Source of the DNA: the human T2T-CHM13v2.0 reference genome, Homo sapiens
NCBI RefSeq assembly: GCF_009914755.1
Contig: NC_060926.1
Length of the DNA: 64,000 nucleotides
Strand: one strand, 5' to 3'
The notes under the pieces are model-generated. The model was not told the DNA's origin. It did no database searches and was given only the letters and a program-made list of their open reading frames with translations. Below, piece by piece: positions 1 to 14,954 of this stretch; position 1 is the stretch's first letter; every line of letters starts with the position of its first letter. A program made the position numbers and the translations under genes.

Positions 1-666
1 GTTATCCCAGCACTATTTAGTGAATAGGGAGTCTTTCCCCTTTGCTTGTTTTTGTCAGCTTTGCCAAAGATCAGATGGTCGTAGGTGTGCAGCCTTATTT
101 CTGGGCTCTCTATTCTGCTCCATTGGTCTATGTGTTTGTTTTTGTACCAATACCATGCTGCTTTGGTTACTGTAGCCTTGTAGTATACTTTGAAGTCAGG
201 TAATGTGATGCTTCTAGCTTTGTTCTTTCTCCTTAGGATTGCCTTGGCTATTCAGGCTCTTTATTTTGGTTCCATATGAGTTTTAAAATAGTTTTTTCTA
301 GTTCTGTGAAGAATGTTAGTTTGATAGGAATAGCATTGAATCTGTAAATTGTTTGGGGCAATATGGCCATTTTAATGATATTGATTCTTTCTATCCATGA
401 GCATGGGATGCTTTTCCATTTGTGTCTTCTCTGATTTCTTTGAGCAGTGTTTTGTAATTTTCATTGTAGAGATCCTTCTCCTCCCTGGTTAACTGTATTC
501 CTAGGTATTTTCTTCTTTATGTGGCAATTGTGAATGGGACTGCCTTCCTGATTTGGGTCTCAGCTTGGCTGTTGTCAATGTATAGAAATGCTAGTGACTT
601 TTGTACATTGATTTGTATCCTGAAACTGTGCTGAAGTTGTTTAACAGCTGAAGGAGCTTTTGGGCC
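1..666 (-). mobile_element. L1 (L1P/L1PB-like) ORF2 3' region fragment, cut by the window start
   Basis: Antisense L1 ORF2 phrases such as tctattctgctccattggtctatgtg, ttgtagtatactttgaagtcaggtaatgtgatgc, gcattgaatctgtaaatt; degenerate. Confidence 0.9.
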
Positions 667-734
667 CATCCTGTAGATTTCTTTACAATATGGCGGGTTA
701 GCTCTTTTTGTATCTTACTATCCAACACCCTTAA

Positions 735-1087
<353 letters not shown>

Positions 1088-1186
1088 ACAGTATTTTCTT
1101 AAACAAAGACAGATCCCTTCCTAAGAATAATTTTGGTACTAGTCATAAGCTAATAAAATTTACACCTCCTTATATACACAGAGGAC

Positions 1187-1236
<50 letters not shown>

Positions 1237-1260
1237 TAGATAGATAGATGATAGAGAGAT
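1187..1260. repeat. Compound tetranucleotide STR (GATA)3(GACA)9(GATA)3 GAT GATA
   Basis: Read directly. Confidence 0.97.
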
Positions 1261-2629
1261 ACATTCCTTAAGCACATTGCATGTTCAGGATTTCAAAATA
1301 ATAGGATCCTAATCATTTTACTTTCTGTGAGCCAGAAGCTTCCAGTTTCTGTGGGGATGTACAACCTTCAGCCATACCTGACTTGTTCTGAGATCCCTTA
1401 TAACTGGACTATGACATTTGATTTCAAATCCCCCATACACAGCCAAGCGAATAGCCCATCATTTTGACAATGCATTTTCTGAGGAAACTCAAAGGGCTAT
1501 GCATTTGGATTGCATATCAAACACATTCAAGGGATGTTAAATATTTAGAAAATGGGAGTGCAACTTAGCCTGCTTCAGAGCTCACTCAGGGTGGGTGCCG
1601 GCATCAGCAGCATTCATCTGAGTCCATTTAGAGGGCAGATGCCTGGAAATCCCAGAAGGACCCAGGTTTAAAACTCGCTTCTGAACATAATCCCACATCA
1701 TAAAGCCTGTTACTGAAACAGCGAGACTCCAATATACTTAGTTTTATATTTAGCCTGTTTTAGGAAGCAAAGTATGAGGAATCATGAGCACCGGGTCTAC
1801 TGAGGTGCCTTCCATTTCTGTAGAAAATGTGTTCATCTGTATGACTTTGTCACTGGGGGATTAAAACAAAGATAAGAGAAAGCACACAGCTCAGGTCTGA
1901 GGCACCTGCAGTAGGCATCTGCAAGGCCTCCCAAGGCTGTGCTGGACCTGCTGAGGAATGTGCGCAGGAGCTCCATGCCCGATTTCAGGAGTCATTCTGG
2001 CACAGAAGACCTTCCTGGTGTTAATCTGCCATTCCCTACAGACCTTTCTCTAAAGCTCAGGGAAGGGTGAAGCCCCATAAGGACCAACTCAGGAGAAATC
2101 AGTTTTGCCATCAGCGCACATGGCTGAAAGCTGTTGCAGTGGTTTGTCCTGTCCACGTGGGAACCCAGCTGGATACACAGCAGATTGAATGCCCGTCGTT
2201 TCAACAATGCATTTTACAATGGACCTCTGGGGCTTCCAGTTGTTCAGAGACACCAACAAAGAGAACGAACGGAGCTGCTCTGTCTCATCCTTAAGGATGG
2301 AGCCAACAAGGAACCAAGCTCTAGAACCACATCAAGGAGGGCATCGTGATGGTGTTCAATCTCCCGTTTATTTGTGAGACTCGAACCGTCAATGCACCTG
2401 GTTCTTTTGCAATATCCTCAACGTGGCCAAAGCTAAAAACAGTAATAATAACAGCAGCAACAACATACTTCCTTCAACCAGGCACAGTCCTCCATGACTG
2501 TCCCATCCCGCAGGTGAGAGGCGGCTTTCAAAAACCTAGTTCTGAGGGGTGAGTCCTGCCTATATAAAGAGCAATGCTGCTTCTGGCATGTCAGGCTCCA
2601 TGCCATGCTCCTCACATGTATTATGACCT

Positions 2630-3319
<690 letters not shown>

Positions 3320-3509
3320 ATGTTTAATTATTTAATGAATGTATTTAATTATTGGATGGGAAATCCTATGAAGGTAGGATTACTATTATTATCCCATTTT
3401 CCCAAAGAGGATGTTAATACCCATAGCCACAGAGGTGGGGAATCAGGTGATGGGGAACCCCAAAGTCAGCCTCCACCCCAGAACTCTTAACCACCATGCC
3501 ATACCGTGT

Positions 3510-3950
3510 ACAATCAGACAAGGTTTTTGGCTGCCCGAAACAGACATGGACACTGGCTGATTTAAGCAGAAAAGCCATTTATAGAAGAGCACTGGGAAGT
3601 GCTGGGAGAGCTGGAGAGGAGCAGCTGGTGGGCAGACCTGCAACCGACAGCCAGAATCTTCCTGATAGGATGGGCCTGCCACCGCCACGGAGCCTAGGAC
3701 CCTGAACATCATCAAGAGCGCCACCCTCACTGCCTGGGAAAAGCATCCACATGGTCCTTCTGCATCTCAACTCAAAGCCCAGCCTGGTCCTTCTGGTTGG
3801 AGGAGCCTTCATCACAACACCAAGTACTGGCTCCAAGGGGAAGAGAAAGCAGGCATGGGTTCGGGTGGTTGAAAGCCACCCCATTTGCTGGGGTTCAGCT
3901 TCTCTAGTGGGAGGTGGGTTTGTTCTCCCAAAAATACTCATAAGATGGGA
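3510..3950. mobile_element. Old MaLR LTR remnant (MLT1K/N-like)
   Basis: ggtttttggctgcccgaaacagac...ctggctgatttaagcagaaaag resembles old MLT1 ends; highly diverged. Confidence 0.4.
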
Positions 3951-4805
3951 TATTCTGCAAATATAGGGTGGAGACTCCAATGCTGGAGAGTCAAAGGAAA
4001 CCAGCCTTGGATACCTTCTGCATGCTGCAGCCATAGAGCGAGCTGATTCGGAACGACTTCAATCAGGACGGGCAAGGAAACTTAGTCTTTGGTAAGCCCA
4101 GGACAGACGGGAAATGGGGAGGCTATGAGGGCTCCCTTCCATCCTGAAATGGGCTCTCAGAAGAAGAAGGTCATGGTTGTGTATTCCCAGGAGCCAGACA
4201 GCCCTGATGCCGGAAGTCTCAGGAAGGCAGATTCCAGTCACACATGGCGACCGCTGCCTCTTACGTGCCCAGGCCGACAGCGATTGCGAGACCTCTTGCT
4301 TCTGCAGGGCTGAACGCAGAGGCTGGTCAGGAAGGTGGGAAAAGGGAATCAACATCAGATGGCGCTGGCCACAGGGGACCTCCAAGAATTCTACGAACAT
4401 GTGATCTTAAAAGCTATCCTTTCTTTCTGAGAGAAGAGCAGGAAACTGAATTACAATGTGCTGGAACCCTACTCTGTGTAGACACCGTTTTGAGCAAAGT
4501 AAAGGGTTCCAGATAGTAAAAGGCATAGTCCCTATAATTGAAAAGATGACAAACACACATACCAAAAGTTGAATAATTAAAATTCTCAGGAACAGTTACA
4601 GGTAATAACTGGGTGCATGCCACAGAGCAGCTCAGGAATAGTTGCTAGGTAAGTCTTAAAGACAAAATTGCTATTTAAAGGATACTGAATTGTAGACAAA
4701 CTCCCACAGACATCTTGAAAACATATTTTCCAGCATATGAGTAATTAGGACCAATTTGTAAGGTGGTGAGTTTTGCTAAATCTTGGTGACATCACTTGTT
4801 ATTAA

Positions 4806-5159
<354 letters not shown>

Positions 5160-6891
5160 TTTTTGTTTATTTTTAACCTACACTGCACAAAGGGCATATA
5201 GATTATCCAATTTGTGTATTGCAACAATAAAAACTAAGTTCTAGGTTTTCTTTTTAGCTTTTTAGGAGACATTTCCTGTGCTTAGCTGGTACTACTCACC
5301 ACAGATGAGCATGCATGCACAGGGTAATATTGACCTAAGAAAATAGAATTGGGCAGCACGATTTGTTGGGAACACACAGAGACACAAGTCTAAAAATAAA
5401 GACCATTAGGTTGTGAGCTCATTTCGCATTATCTTCTCATTACTTTCTCTATCAGCACTAAATAATTTAGTTTTATAAAGTACATTGAAACTATTATACA
5501 AATATAAATCTTGTCATAAGCTACTTCCTTTATCTCTGCTTAAAGGTTTCCATTTCCAATCAGACCTCAAGTGCCTTTCCCAGAACTGCCTCTTTCACTT
5601 TATAGAGAAAGGAAAGAGCTAGAAGTGTTTTTAGAAAACAAGTGACATCATGCAGGAGCTCCCCTGAGTCACACGTGACCAGATGATGCACACAGGTGTG
5701 ACACAGGCCCAAGGGGGCTGCCTGGGCACAGGAGAAAAAAGCCCCTGGCTGCTGGCTGTTGCTCTAACCCTTCTCCCCCATCCAATAAAGTCAAACGAAT
5801 GCAAGTGAGCAAGGATTCCATCGAGGACATAGCAGCTTGAATCGTTTTAAGGTAAATTATTCACCAACTTTGGTGCTTCACGTTTTGCCAATAACAAATT
5901 ACTTGGACTTGGAGTACTACACCAACCATGTAGAAAACACCGTGCATAGCAACACTCAACTGAGCAGAGCTGGCACAAACTGTACAATAAAATAACCCCA
6001 TCGTTTTAAGTAACACAACTCCACCCACCCCCAAAAAAGATGTTGGCATTTATTTTGCACGCCGACGACATACCCAAAATTTAAGTCCCCCTCTCCTAGG
6101 AGATTTGTTGAGAAAACTCATTCTTTCTTACCAAGTAAAGTGCTGAAAAGCACTCAGTTGTGTTGGATCACGTTTTCCTAGCCAAAAACTGGGATTAATT
6201 TGCTACATGCAGTCAAAAACTGACTAAATATTTAAATTCAAGATGGTCCTGTAAATTTCAGGAGCTATAGCACAGAGGCCATGCTGCGCAGCCGAAGGCG
6301 GGGCCAAAGTGGACAATTAGGAAAGGGAAAAGTTCTGCAAAGGGGAAGAGGAACTCAAGGGGTCGTCCTATATGTGTGTTCGTATGCGTCTTGGTGCCTA
6401 GTGAGTCAGCCATTGGATGCATCCATCAGCCTTCACTTGCTATGAACTAATAACAGGCATCCCTCTCCTCATTCTCAGGTTTCACTCATCTATTTGGGTC
6501 TATTATAGCTAGATCCTCTCTTGCAGAAAATTCATATGCATCTATTCTTGGATACGTGTTTTAAACATTGGAACCACACAAAACACAACAGAACTGAACC
6601 TATTATTCTGTAGCAAAGCCAACAACCAAACAACCTTTCACCCAAGTTACCCTAGTCCTGCGAAGTAAGAGGGACTCTCACCACTTTCTCCTAGCAATTT
6701 ATAAACAGAACTTTGCAAAAGCATTGCTAAGAAGTAAATATTTGGAAGGCATGTTTGGAGATAAAAATATTTCATTAATAAATATTTGGGGAATAGAAAG
6801 TGTTTCTGTAAATGATACCAAGATGAGCAATTTCTACATCAAGGGGAAAAACATTTTTAGTTAGTAATAAATGGCCACTCTATTTTAATTC

Positions 6892-6934
6892 TGTTTTTTT
6901 TTGTTTTGTTTTGTTTTCTTTTTTTTTTTTTTTT
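6892..6934. repeat. T-rich simple repeat, (TTTTG)n plus poly-T
   Basis: Read directly. Confidence 0.9.
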
Positions 6935-7098
6935 GAAATCCAAACTTACTCAGCAAAGTTGAAGAAATTCCAAAATCTTAGGAAACTAAAATATCTTGCA
7001 AAAGTTGAACTTCTGTGAAGCAAAACAAGTGGATGCGGACAAATGAAAGACTGAGGAGAGTTCAAGAAGATGGAGGTATTTCTGAATGATCTCTGTAG

Positions 7099-7490
<392 letters not shown>

Positions 7491-7823
7491 TGCCCATGTT
7501 TTGTTTTATACTTTTAAAAAATGTGTTTAAATGTTTAAATGAGCAAATTATTTGGAAGTTGCCTTGTGCTTTCTGATGCTGCTTTGCGGCACATTAAGAG
7601 TCTTGACATTAGGCCATCATTCATTTCCTCTTTCATTCCGCCAACATTGATTCCGTGTCAGGCATGTGGGAGACGGCGCAGACACAAAGGCAAACAATCC
7701 CAAACACAGGCTTTGCCCTCCTTGTACGTTGAGACAAAGGAAGCAGAAATGAGCCTGGGATCACAGTCTGCGCTGAGCAGCATGGAGCAAACAGGGCGTC
7801 CCCTTCTCAGTGACAGAGGGACT

Positions 7824-7935
7824 TGGGCTGACCAACCGTCTTGGCTTCCCTGGGACTGTCCCAGCTCAGCACTGAAAATCTCATGCCGATGAAAACCCCC
7901 GCAGGCCTGGGCAGATGGGAACCTTGGTCACTCTT
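7824..7935 (-). mobile_element. MER81-like hAT-Blackjack MITE
   Basis: Imperfect TIRs gggctgaccaaccgtc / ggaaccttggtcactct; internal gggactgtccc...agcactgaaa match the MER81 consensus as recalled. Confidence 0.75.
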
Positions 7936-8009
7936 GCAGAAACTTGAGTCAGGTAAGGGTGGTAAACAGACAAATGGAAGTGGGGTATGGAGGTGGGTGA
8001 CAGATTGGA

Positions 8010-8100
8010 TCTGGGCCTGAGATGTGAATCAAGGATCATTAGCATATAGATGATCATTAACTGTGGGCGTGTGGATGAGGTCCCCTAGGGAGACAGTGTT
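8010..8100 (+). mobile_element. L2 fragment
   Basis: gagatgtgaat...cattagcatatagatg...gtggatgaggtcccctagggagacagtgt is L2-like. Confidence 0.6.
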
Positions 8101-8527
8101 GATTTCCTCCCTTATCATGCAGAGCAAGCAGACCTCCCCTTTCCCAGGGAGGATTTTCGCTTTGAATCCCGGCTGATGCTAATATATCCCCGCTCACTTC
8201 CTTTCTGGTTCTCATGTACCTGGTACTATATGTTTGCCTTTAATTCTTTCCCTCTGTCATCATGTCATGGGTCTGATTTGTAAGCAGCCTATTATTGGAT
8301 TTTTGTTTTTAAATTCAATTTGCTTCCTTTTACTTATTGAATTAACCCATTTATACCCATCAACATTGTTTCTCTTCAGTTTTGCTTCTGTAATTGTTTC
8401 CTCTCTGCTGTGTTTGGTTTTGTTTGAGTGAGGTCTTTTTCTCCCCCTTTTATTTTCCTGTATAGACTTTCGTACTGATTTGTGAGGTAAATATTCTTTT
8501 AATCTAACAATTATTACACGAAAAAAA

Positions 8528-8817
8528 TTGTTTTGAAACAGGGTCTGATTCTATTGCCCAGGCTGGAGTGCGGTGGCGTGATCTCAGCTCACTGCAGACT
8601 TGCCTCCCAGGCTCAGGCGATCCTCCCACCTCAGCCTTCTGAGTAGCTGGGACTGCAGGCACACATCGCCATGCCCACCTAATTTTTGTATTTTTTAGAG
8701 AGACAGGGTTTTGCTACGTTGCTCAAACTGGTCTCAAACTCCTGAGCTCAAGTGATCCTCTTGCCACGGCCACCCAAAGTGTGCTGGGATTACAGGCATG
8801 AGCCACTGTGCTTGGCC
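8528..8817 (-). mobile_element. AluJ
   Basis: gggctcaggcgatcctcccacctcagcc J diagnostics. Confidence 0.93.
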
Positions 8818-8824
8818 TACATGA

Positions 8825-9141
<317 letters not shown>

Positions 9142-9353
9142 TAAAAATGTATTCTTAAACTTAATGGAAACTAACTGTCAAAGTCAATAAGGAAAGGAGC
9201 CTTGTAATAACCTTATAAGGAAAACAGTAGATTTCGAAGTTTTCTTCCTTACCTCCCCACCCCTACCCAAATTAATCTGCATCTGTAAACATCATCATTT
9301 TCATATTTCTCTGCAAATCATTTCTTTCAACAATGACAACAAAGTACTTTTAA

Positions 9354-9798
<445 letters not shown>

Positions 9799-10178
9799 TC
9801 ATTCTACAAATCTTTTGATTATTGGTTTTGCCCCGTCTCCATTCTGGACTCTCTGAAATGTTATCATCATATTTTTCAGAGCTGTCCTGGCGATAGTGTT
9901 GTCTCTCTGACCATCTACGTCTGGTTGTCCCTTTATAACACAACCATCTGTGGCCCTTCCATCTGCTCCCAAACCTCAGTTTTCCAGCCTGAGGACTGCA
10001 TTCCCACTTCACTTCCTGGGCACACATCAACTTCCTGTTTCTGTGTTCTGCAGAGATGCTGAGAAAACTCGGGAGCATGGGAACCTCCTCCAAGGCTCCA
10101 CCACTGCCTTGTCTGGAAGTCTCCTTCACAAATGGGAAGGGGTTGGATATCCTGGTCTTCTTCCTTCCAAACTGATTC

Positions 10179-10480
10179 TTTTTTTGTGTGTGTGTGACAC
10201 GGAATCTCACTCTGTCACCAGGCTGTAGTGCAGTGGCCCGATCTCGGCTCACTGCAACCTCCGCCTCTTGAGTTCAAGTGATTCTCCTGCCTCAGCCTCC
10301 CAAGGAGCTGTGACTGACTACAGGTGTGCACCACCATGCCCGGCTAATTTTTTTGTATTTTTAGTAGAGACGAGGTTTCACCACGTTGGCCAGGATGGTC
10401 TCAATCTCTTGACCTTGTGATCCACCCACCTGAGCCTCCCAGAGTGCTGGGATTACAGGCGTAAGCCACTGTGCCTGGCC
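10179..10480 (-). mobile_element. AluSc-like
   Basis: Alu consensus; TSD ccaaactga(t/c)tcttt. Confidence 0.95.
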
Positions 10481-11089
10481 CCAAACTGACTCTTTACCTC
10501 CAGTGGCCGGGTTTGCCTGGAGAGCAGGTTTCCTGGTGGGGAACAGGAAGGGCTGCCTCTGTGTTGACAGCCTGACAAGTGGAGAGCAGAGGCAGCCGAG
10601 GGAAAGGCGAAGCCCAGGTCCACAGGCCAAGGTAGGGACTTCAGACAGCACAACACTGTAATAAGAGGCACCCCTGACTCTCACCAGCCTCAGTCACACT
10701 AGCAAGTGCAACATACAATGTGTGAAAATCCATACTTATGGAGGCCAGCTTTATCAGAGCCTACTTATGGGGAGAGGGGAGCAGTAGAGGGGCTGAGGCA
10801 GAGAGAGACTGACCCGGCGGTGCACCGCTGCCTCCACAGAGAGGGCACAGGCCCTGCCTGCTTCCTGCCCCCACTGCCACCTCTAGACTCTGGCGACCAT
10901 CTCAGATGCTTCTGCCTCTGAAAAGGCACCTCCAGGTGCCCATTCAGACTGTGCCCTGTCATTTATCTGGCTGTTGCACCTCAAAACCAATAAACAATGA
11001 TTTGGAGGGGGAAAAAAAGGAAAATATCTTGGTCTCCTTCTAGCTCCTCCCTTATCTTGATCCACTCATAGCCAGTTTCTTCTCTTTTT

Positions 11090-11290
11090 TAAAAATCTTA
11101 ATAGCTTTGAGAGTACAAGTTGTTTCTGGTTACACGGATGAATTCTGTAGTGGTGAAGTCTGGGACTGAGAACACCCATCACTTGAGCGGTGTACACTGT
11201 ACCCGATGTGTACTCTTTTGTCCCTCACCTGCCTCCCACCTGCCCCGGAGTCCACAAAGTCCATTAAATCACTCTGTATGTCTTTATGCA
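11090..11290 (-). mobile_element. L1 3'UTR end (L1MA/L1PB-like)
   Basis: gtacaagttgtttctggttacacggatgaattctgtagtggtgaagtctgg...cccatcacttgagcggtgtacactgtaccc. Confidence 0.8.
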
Positions 11291-11299
11291 TAACAAATT

Positions 11300-12800
11300 T
11301 CTTAAAAACATCCTGACCCCTAGTCACCCACTCTCACCTCCCAGTCTGCCCTCCGCCCTCTGCCCCTCTGTCATGGCTAAAGCAGCCCATGCTCTTCCTG
11401 TTGCCAAACCAACAGGGGTCCTTTGCTTTTCTCTTTTTTGCCATCCCACTCACATCTGACATGGCTGACCCATCTCTCCTACTTGAAATCTGTTCTCTCC
11501 TGGCCTTTGGAGGCTGGGCTACCTTGACTTCCCTTCTGTTTCCCCAAGGGTACCTTCTGAGTCTTCCCTTGACTCCCTCTGGACACTCACTCATTCCCTC
11601 CACAAATATTTCTGGGGCACCAACTTGTTCCCAGGGAGTGTTTAGGCCCAGTGGATATGGCAATCGCCTCTCCTCTGGAAGAACTTACATTTCAATGCAG
11701 AGCGAGGGCGGAGAGCAAGGAACAAGTGACAAATAAATGAATGCTTAAGTATGTACCACAAAGACAGGTGATGATAAACACTGGGCAGCAAAAGAAAAGG
11801 AGGCGAAGCTGATGGAGAGTAACAGTTAGGAGAGGGCTCTACCTGGATTAGGGTGATCAGAGAGGGAGGCTGCTGATCAGAGATGGAATGACACAGGAAG
11901 GTGGCCAACATGAAGTCCTGGGGAGCGTGCACTTGGCAAACAGAACAGCAAGTCCAGAGACCCTCAGGCAGGTCCCTGCTGCATGTGCTCGAGGAGCATC
12001 AGGGGAGATACAGTGAGAGAGGAACGAGTGGAGGGAGAGCATGCGCCAAGGTGTCCAGGAGTGAATGACAGTTTCCATCACTGTCCCGATGAATCTACAA
12101 CGTCAGCCCACACCTCTTGGTTAAGAATCAGACCCCCATCATTAGGACATCTCTATTTGGATGTCCCAGAAATATCTCAGACTCAACATGTCCAAACCTA
12201 AGTTCTTCATTCCCCTCAGAACTGCTTCCTCTCTGGGATTCCCCATCCTGTGAAGGGAGACTTTGTCTGCTAAGTCAACTGGCCGAACGGAGGCATCGTG
12301 CTAGTCTTCTCCTTCGTTCCCTCCACACAGCCACAAACCAGACAGTGCCTGCCGTCCTCACATCGAGCATCTCTGCTTACCACACTGCCACTGCCCCCGT
12401 TCCAACCCTCATCACTTCTTGCCCCGGTTTCTGAAACAACCATTTAACTGTCCTTCATGACCCAAGTCTCATCCCCTTCTGGTCCACCTTCCACACTGCA
12501 GATAGGAGGAACTTCTGAGGAACAGATGTCCTCACGGCCCTCCTCTGCTTTTCAGTCTAGAGTATTCTGTTAACATCACTTGGAAAAGCGACCTGTCCTT
12601 CATCTGACTCTCAAGTCACATTCTCTCCAACACACACGCACAGACACATGTACTACAATCTCATCCTGGCCACCCATGCCCAGTTCTTGCAATGTCCCAG
12701 GCTATCTCACATCCCACATCTTCCCACCGACTTGCTCCTCTACCTGTGATGCCCAGAGCCCCCTCTCAGTTAGTGGATGCCCGTCATCCTTCAGAACCAC
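11300..12800. mobile_element. Mosaic of diverged L2 fragments in both orientations
   Basis: L2-like phrases, e.g. ggacatctctatttggatgtccca...tctcagactcaacatgtccaaacc and gaacagcaagtccagagaccctcaggcagg. Confidence 0.65.
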
Positions 12801-12989
12801 CCCAACGTGGTGAATAAAGTCTGGCACAGCCATGCAATGAAACACTGTATGTCCATTAAAGAGAAGGAGGCAACACTCTGTCCTCTGCTTTGACACCATT
12901 TCCAGGATATTCTGTTTGGGCAGAAGGTAAGGTGCAGAATAGTGTTGGTGGGAGGCTAATATTTGTGTTTAAAAAAAATAGACTATTAG

Positions 12990-13720
12990 AAGTATAATGG
13001 CAAAGATTTTGGAATTCAGTAGAAAATTTGGAAAATAAAATGAAGCCAGTATCTAAAAAGAGCTGAGCAAATGGACACAGAGATAGGGAATACATGAGGA
13101 AAAAAATAAAGAACACAGGGTCAAACATCCAAAAAAATCAGAGTCCCAGAGAGAGAAAAAAATCAGAGTTCCAGAGACAGAAAATGGAGGGGCTCATTTT
13201 TTTTTTTTTTTTTTTTGAGACAGAGTCTCACTGTGTCACCTAGGCTGGAGTACAGTGGCGCAATCTCAGCTCACTGCAACCTCTGCCTCCTGGGTTCAAG
13301 TGATTCTTCAGCCTTAGCCTCCCAAGTAGCTGAGATTACAGGCATGCGCCACCACGCCTGGCTGATTTTTGTATTTTCAGTAGGGACAGGGTTTCACCAT
13401 GTTGGCCAAGCTGGTCTCGAACTCCTGACCTCAAGTGATCCACCCCCGCTCAGCCTCCCAAAGAGCTGGGATTATAGGCATGAGCCACTGCGCCAGGCCG
13501 GGTTCAAATTATTAAAGAAAAAAATTCAGGAAAATCTCCCACAATTTAAACACAAGAAGCACGTGTGTTTCCAGATTGAAAGGCTGTTAAATTGTTCATC
13601 ACAAATCACAATAGATGAAAATAGAACACAAAGTGACATCTCAAGAAATTTCACAACCCTGGGAACAGAAAGAAATTTGTAAGAACACCGAGGGAAGAAA
13701 TACATATCCATCAGGTGCGC
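12990..13720 (+). mobile_element. Old L1M/HAL1 ORF1-like remnant, interrupted by an Alu
   Basis: A-rich sense strand: ggtcaaacatcc...agagttccagagacagaaaatggagg...aattcaggaaaatctccca...ttccagattgaaagg. Confidence 0.65.
13197..13499 (-). mobile_element. AluSx/Sz
   Basis: Poly-T plus Alu consensus. Confidence 0.95.
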
Positions 13721-14569
13721 TGTGCGCATTAGAGGTGAAAAACTCTGGTCTCTCTGGATAAGTGATAAAATTATTGTTAGTGGATAATTAGTGTATTCAT
13801 AACTTCCTGTGTGTTCCATTTTCTTTAGTTACCTGGGAGCTCGGTGTTAAATCTTATGCTCCGTTGCAGGCATACACCTCAGCCAAGTTTTGCTGGGATA
13901 AAAAAAAAAACACAACTCCTTCCATCTTTAGTCCATATTACAAGGCTCCTAAACATTTCCTTTCTTTTTAATGGCTTTATGGACTTTGTATTATTTATCA
14001 CGAACTGTCTAAATCCCCTTGGAGCACACAGGGGCATGAAAAATAAGCCTGAAGAAACAGTCTGCCTTTATCCCATTCCACCCCAGAGATGTCAGACTCT
14101 AGCCTGTGCTCGGGGCACACTGCAACCCTGGGAGCCTCTGTGTGTGGGAATAGCCCCCTCTCCTTCTGAACGGCCCTTTTTTCCCTTGGAGTTCTTGATG
14201 ATCTTCCTTGGCAGTGATTCTCAAGTCTAGGGAAAGGAGAAAGGAAAACGCATCCCCTAGACTTTTTTATGTTGTCATTTATTGCCTGTTACCCCTACCT
14301 GATTTTAATTCTGTGACAGCATGTGCATTGCAATATTCCCTGTGACTCCAACAATGCCTGGCCCACAGTAGGCTCTTACACGTTTATTCAATGAACACAT
14401 GGACCTGGCCTGTCAAGGGTTGAGGGGACTTCAGAGATGATCTAGTTCATCTGCTTATTTGATCCAACTGTAGAGAAGAAAAGTGACCTATTCAAGGTCA
14501 CACAGGCAGCAATGGGCACACCTAGGACTGTACAGCCCTCACCTGTGGGGAAGCATCAGTAGGCACAAG

Positions 14570-14760
14570 AGTTGCAGGTGAAAAACATATGCTGTTAGGG
14601 AGACCTGGGTTCGAGCCTGTCATGTGCCACTTCCCAGCTATCTATCTGTGATCTTGGGCAAAGTATTTAATCACTGAGAATGAGTTTGTAAAAATGAAAA
14701 TAATAGGAGGCAATGTGTGCAGCATAGTATCTGGCTCAGAAGAAGCACTCAAGAGCTATT
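14570..14760 (+). mobile_element. MIR
   Basis: agacctgggttcgagcc...tgtgatcttgggcaaagtatttaa core. Confidence 0.7.
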
Positions 14761-14770
14761 AGTTCAATTT

Positions 14771-14954
14771 GACTCAGTGCTTATTGGGGAATTTGCTAAC
14801 CTGGAAAGTATGCAGAGAGGTCTGAAGATGACAATCTATGCCTTTGCCTGACTCTTTCCACAGACTCGGTGCTTATTGGGGAACTTGCTAACCTGGAAAG
14901 TATGCAGAGAGATCTGAAGATGACAATCTATGCCTTTGCCTGACTCTTTCCACA
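14771..14954. repeat. Tandem direct duplication, 2 x 92 bp
   Basis: Copies start at 14771 and 14863; 3 substitutions between them. Confidence 0.97.

Noticed and set aside
1187-1260. Identity with a named forensic or linkage STR marker
   Set aside because: The structure is typical, but I cannot match the flanks to a specific marker
2560-2570. TATATAAA box as a promoter
   Set aside because: Isolated motif with no supporting CpG or initiator context
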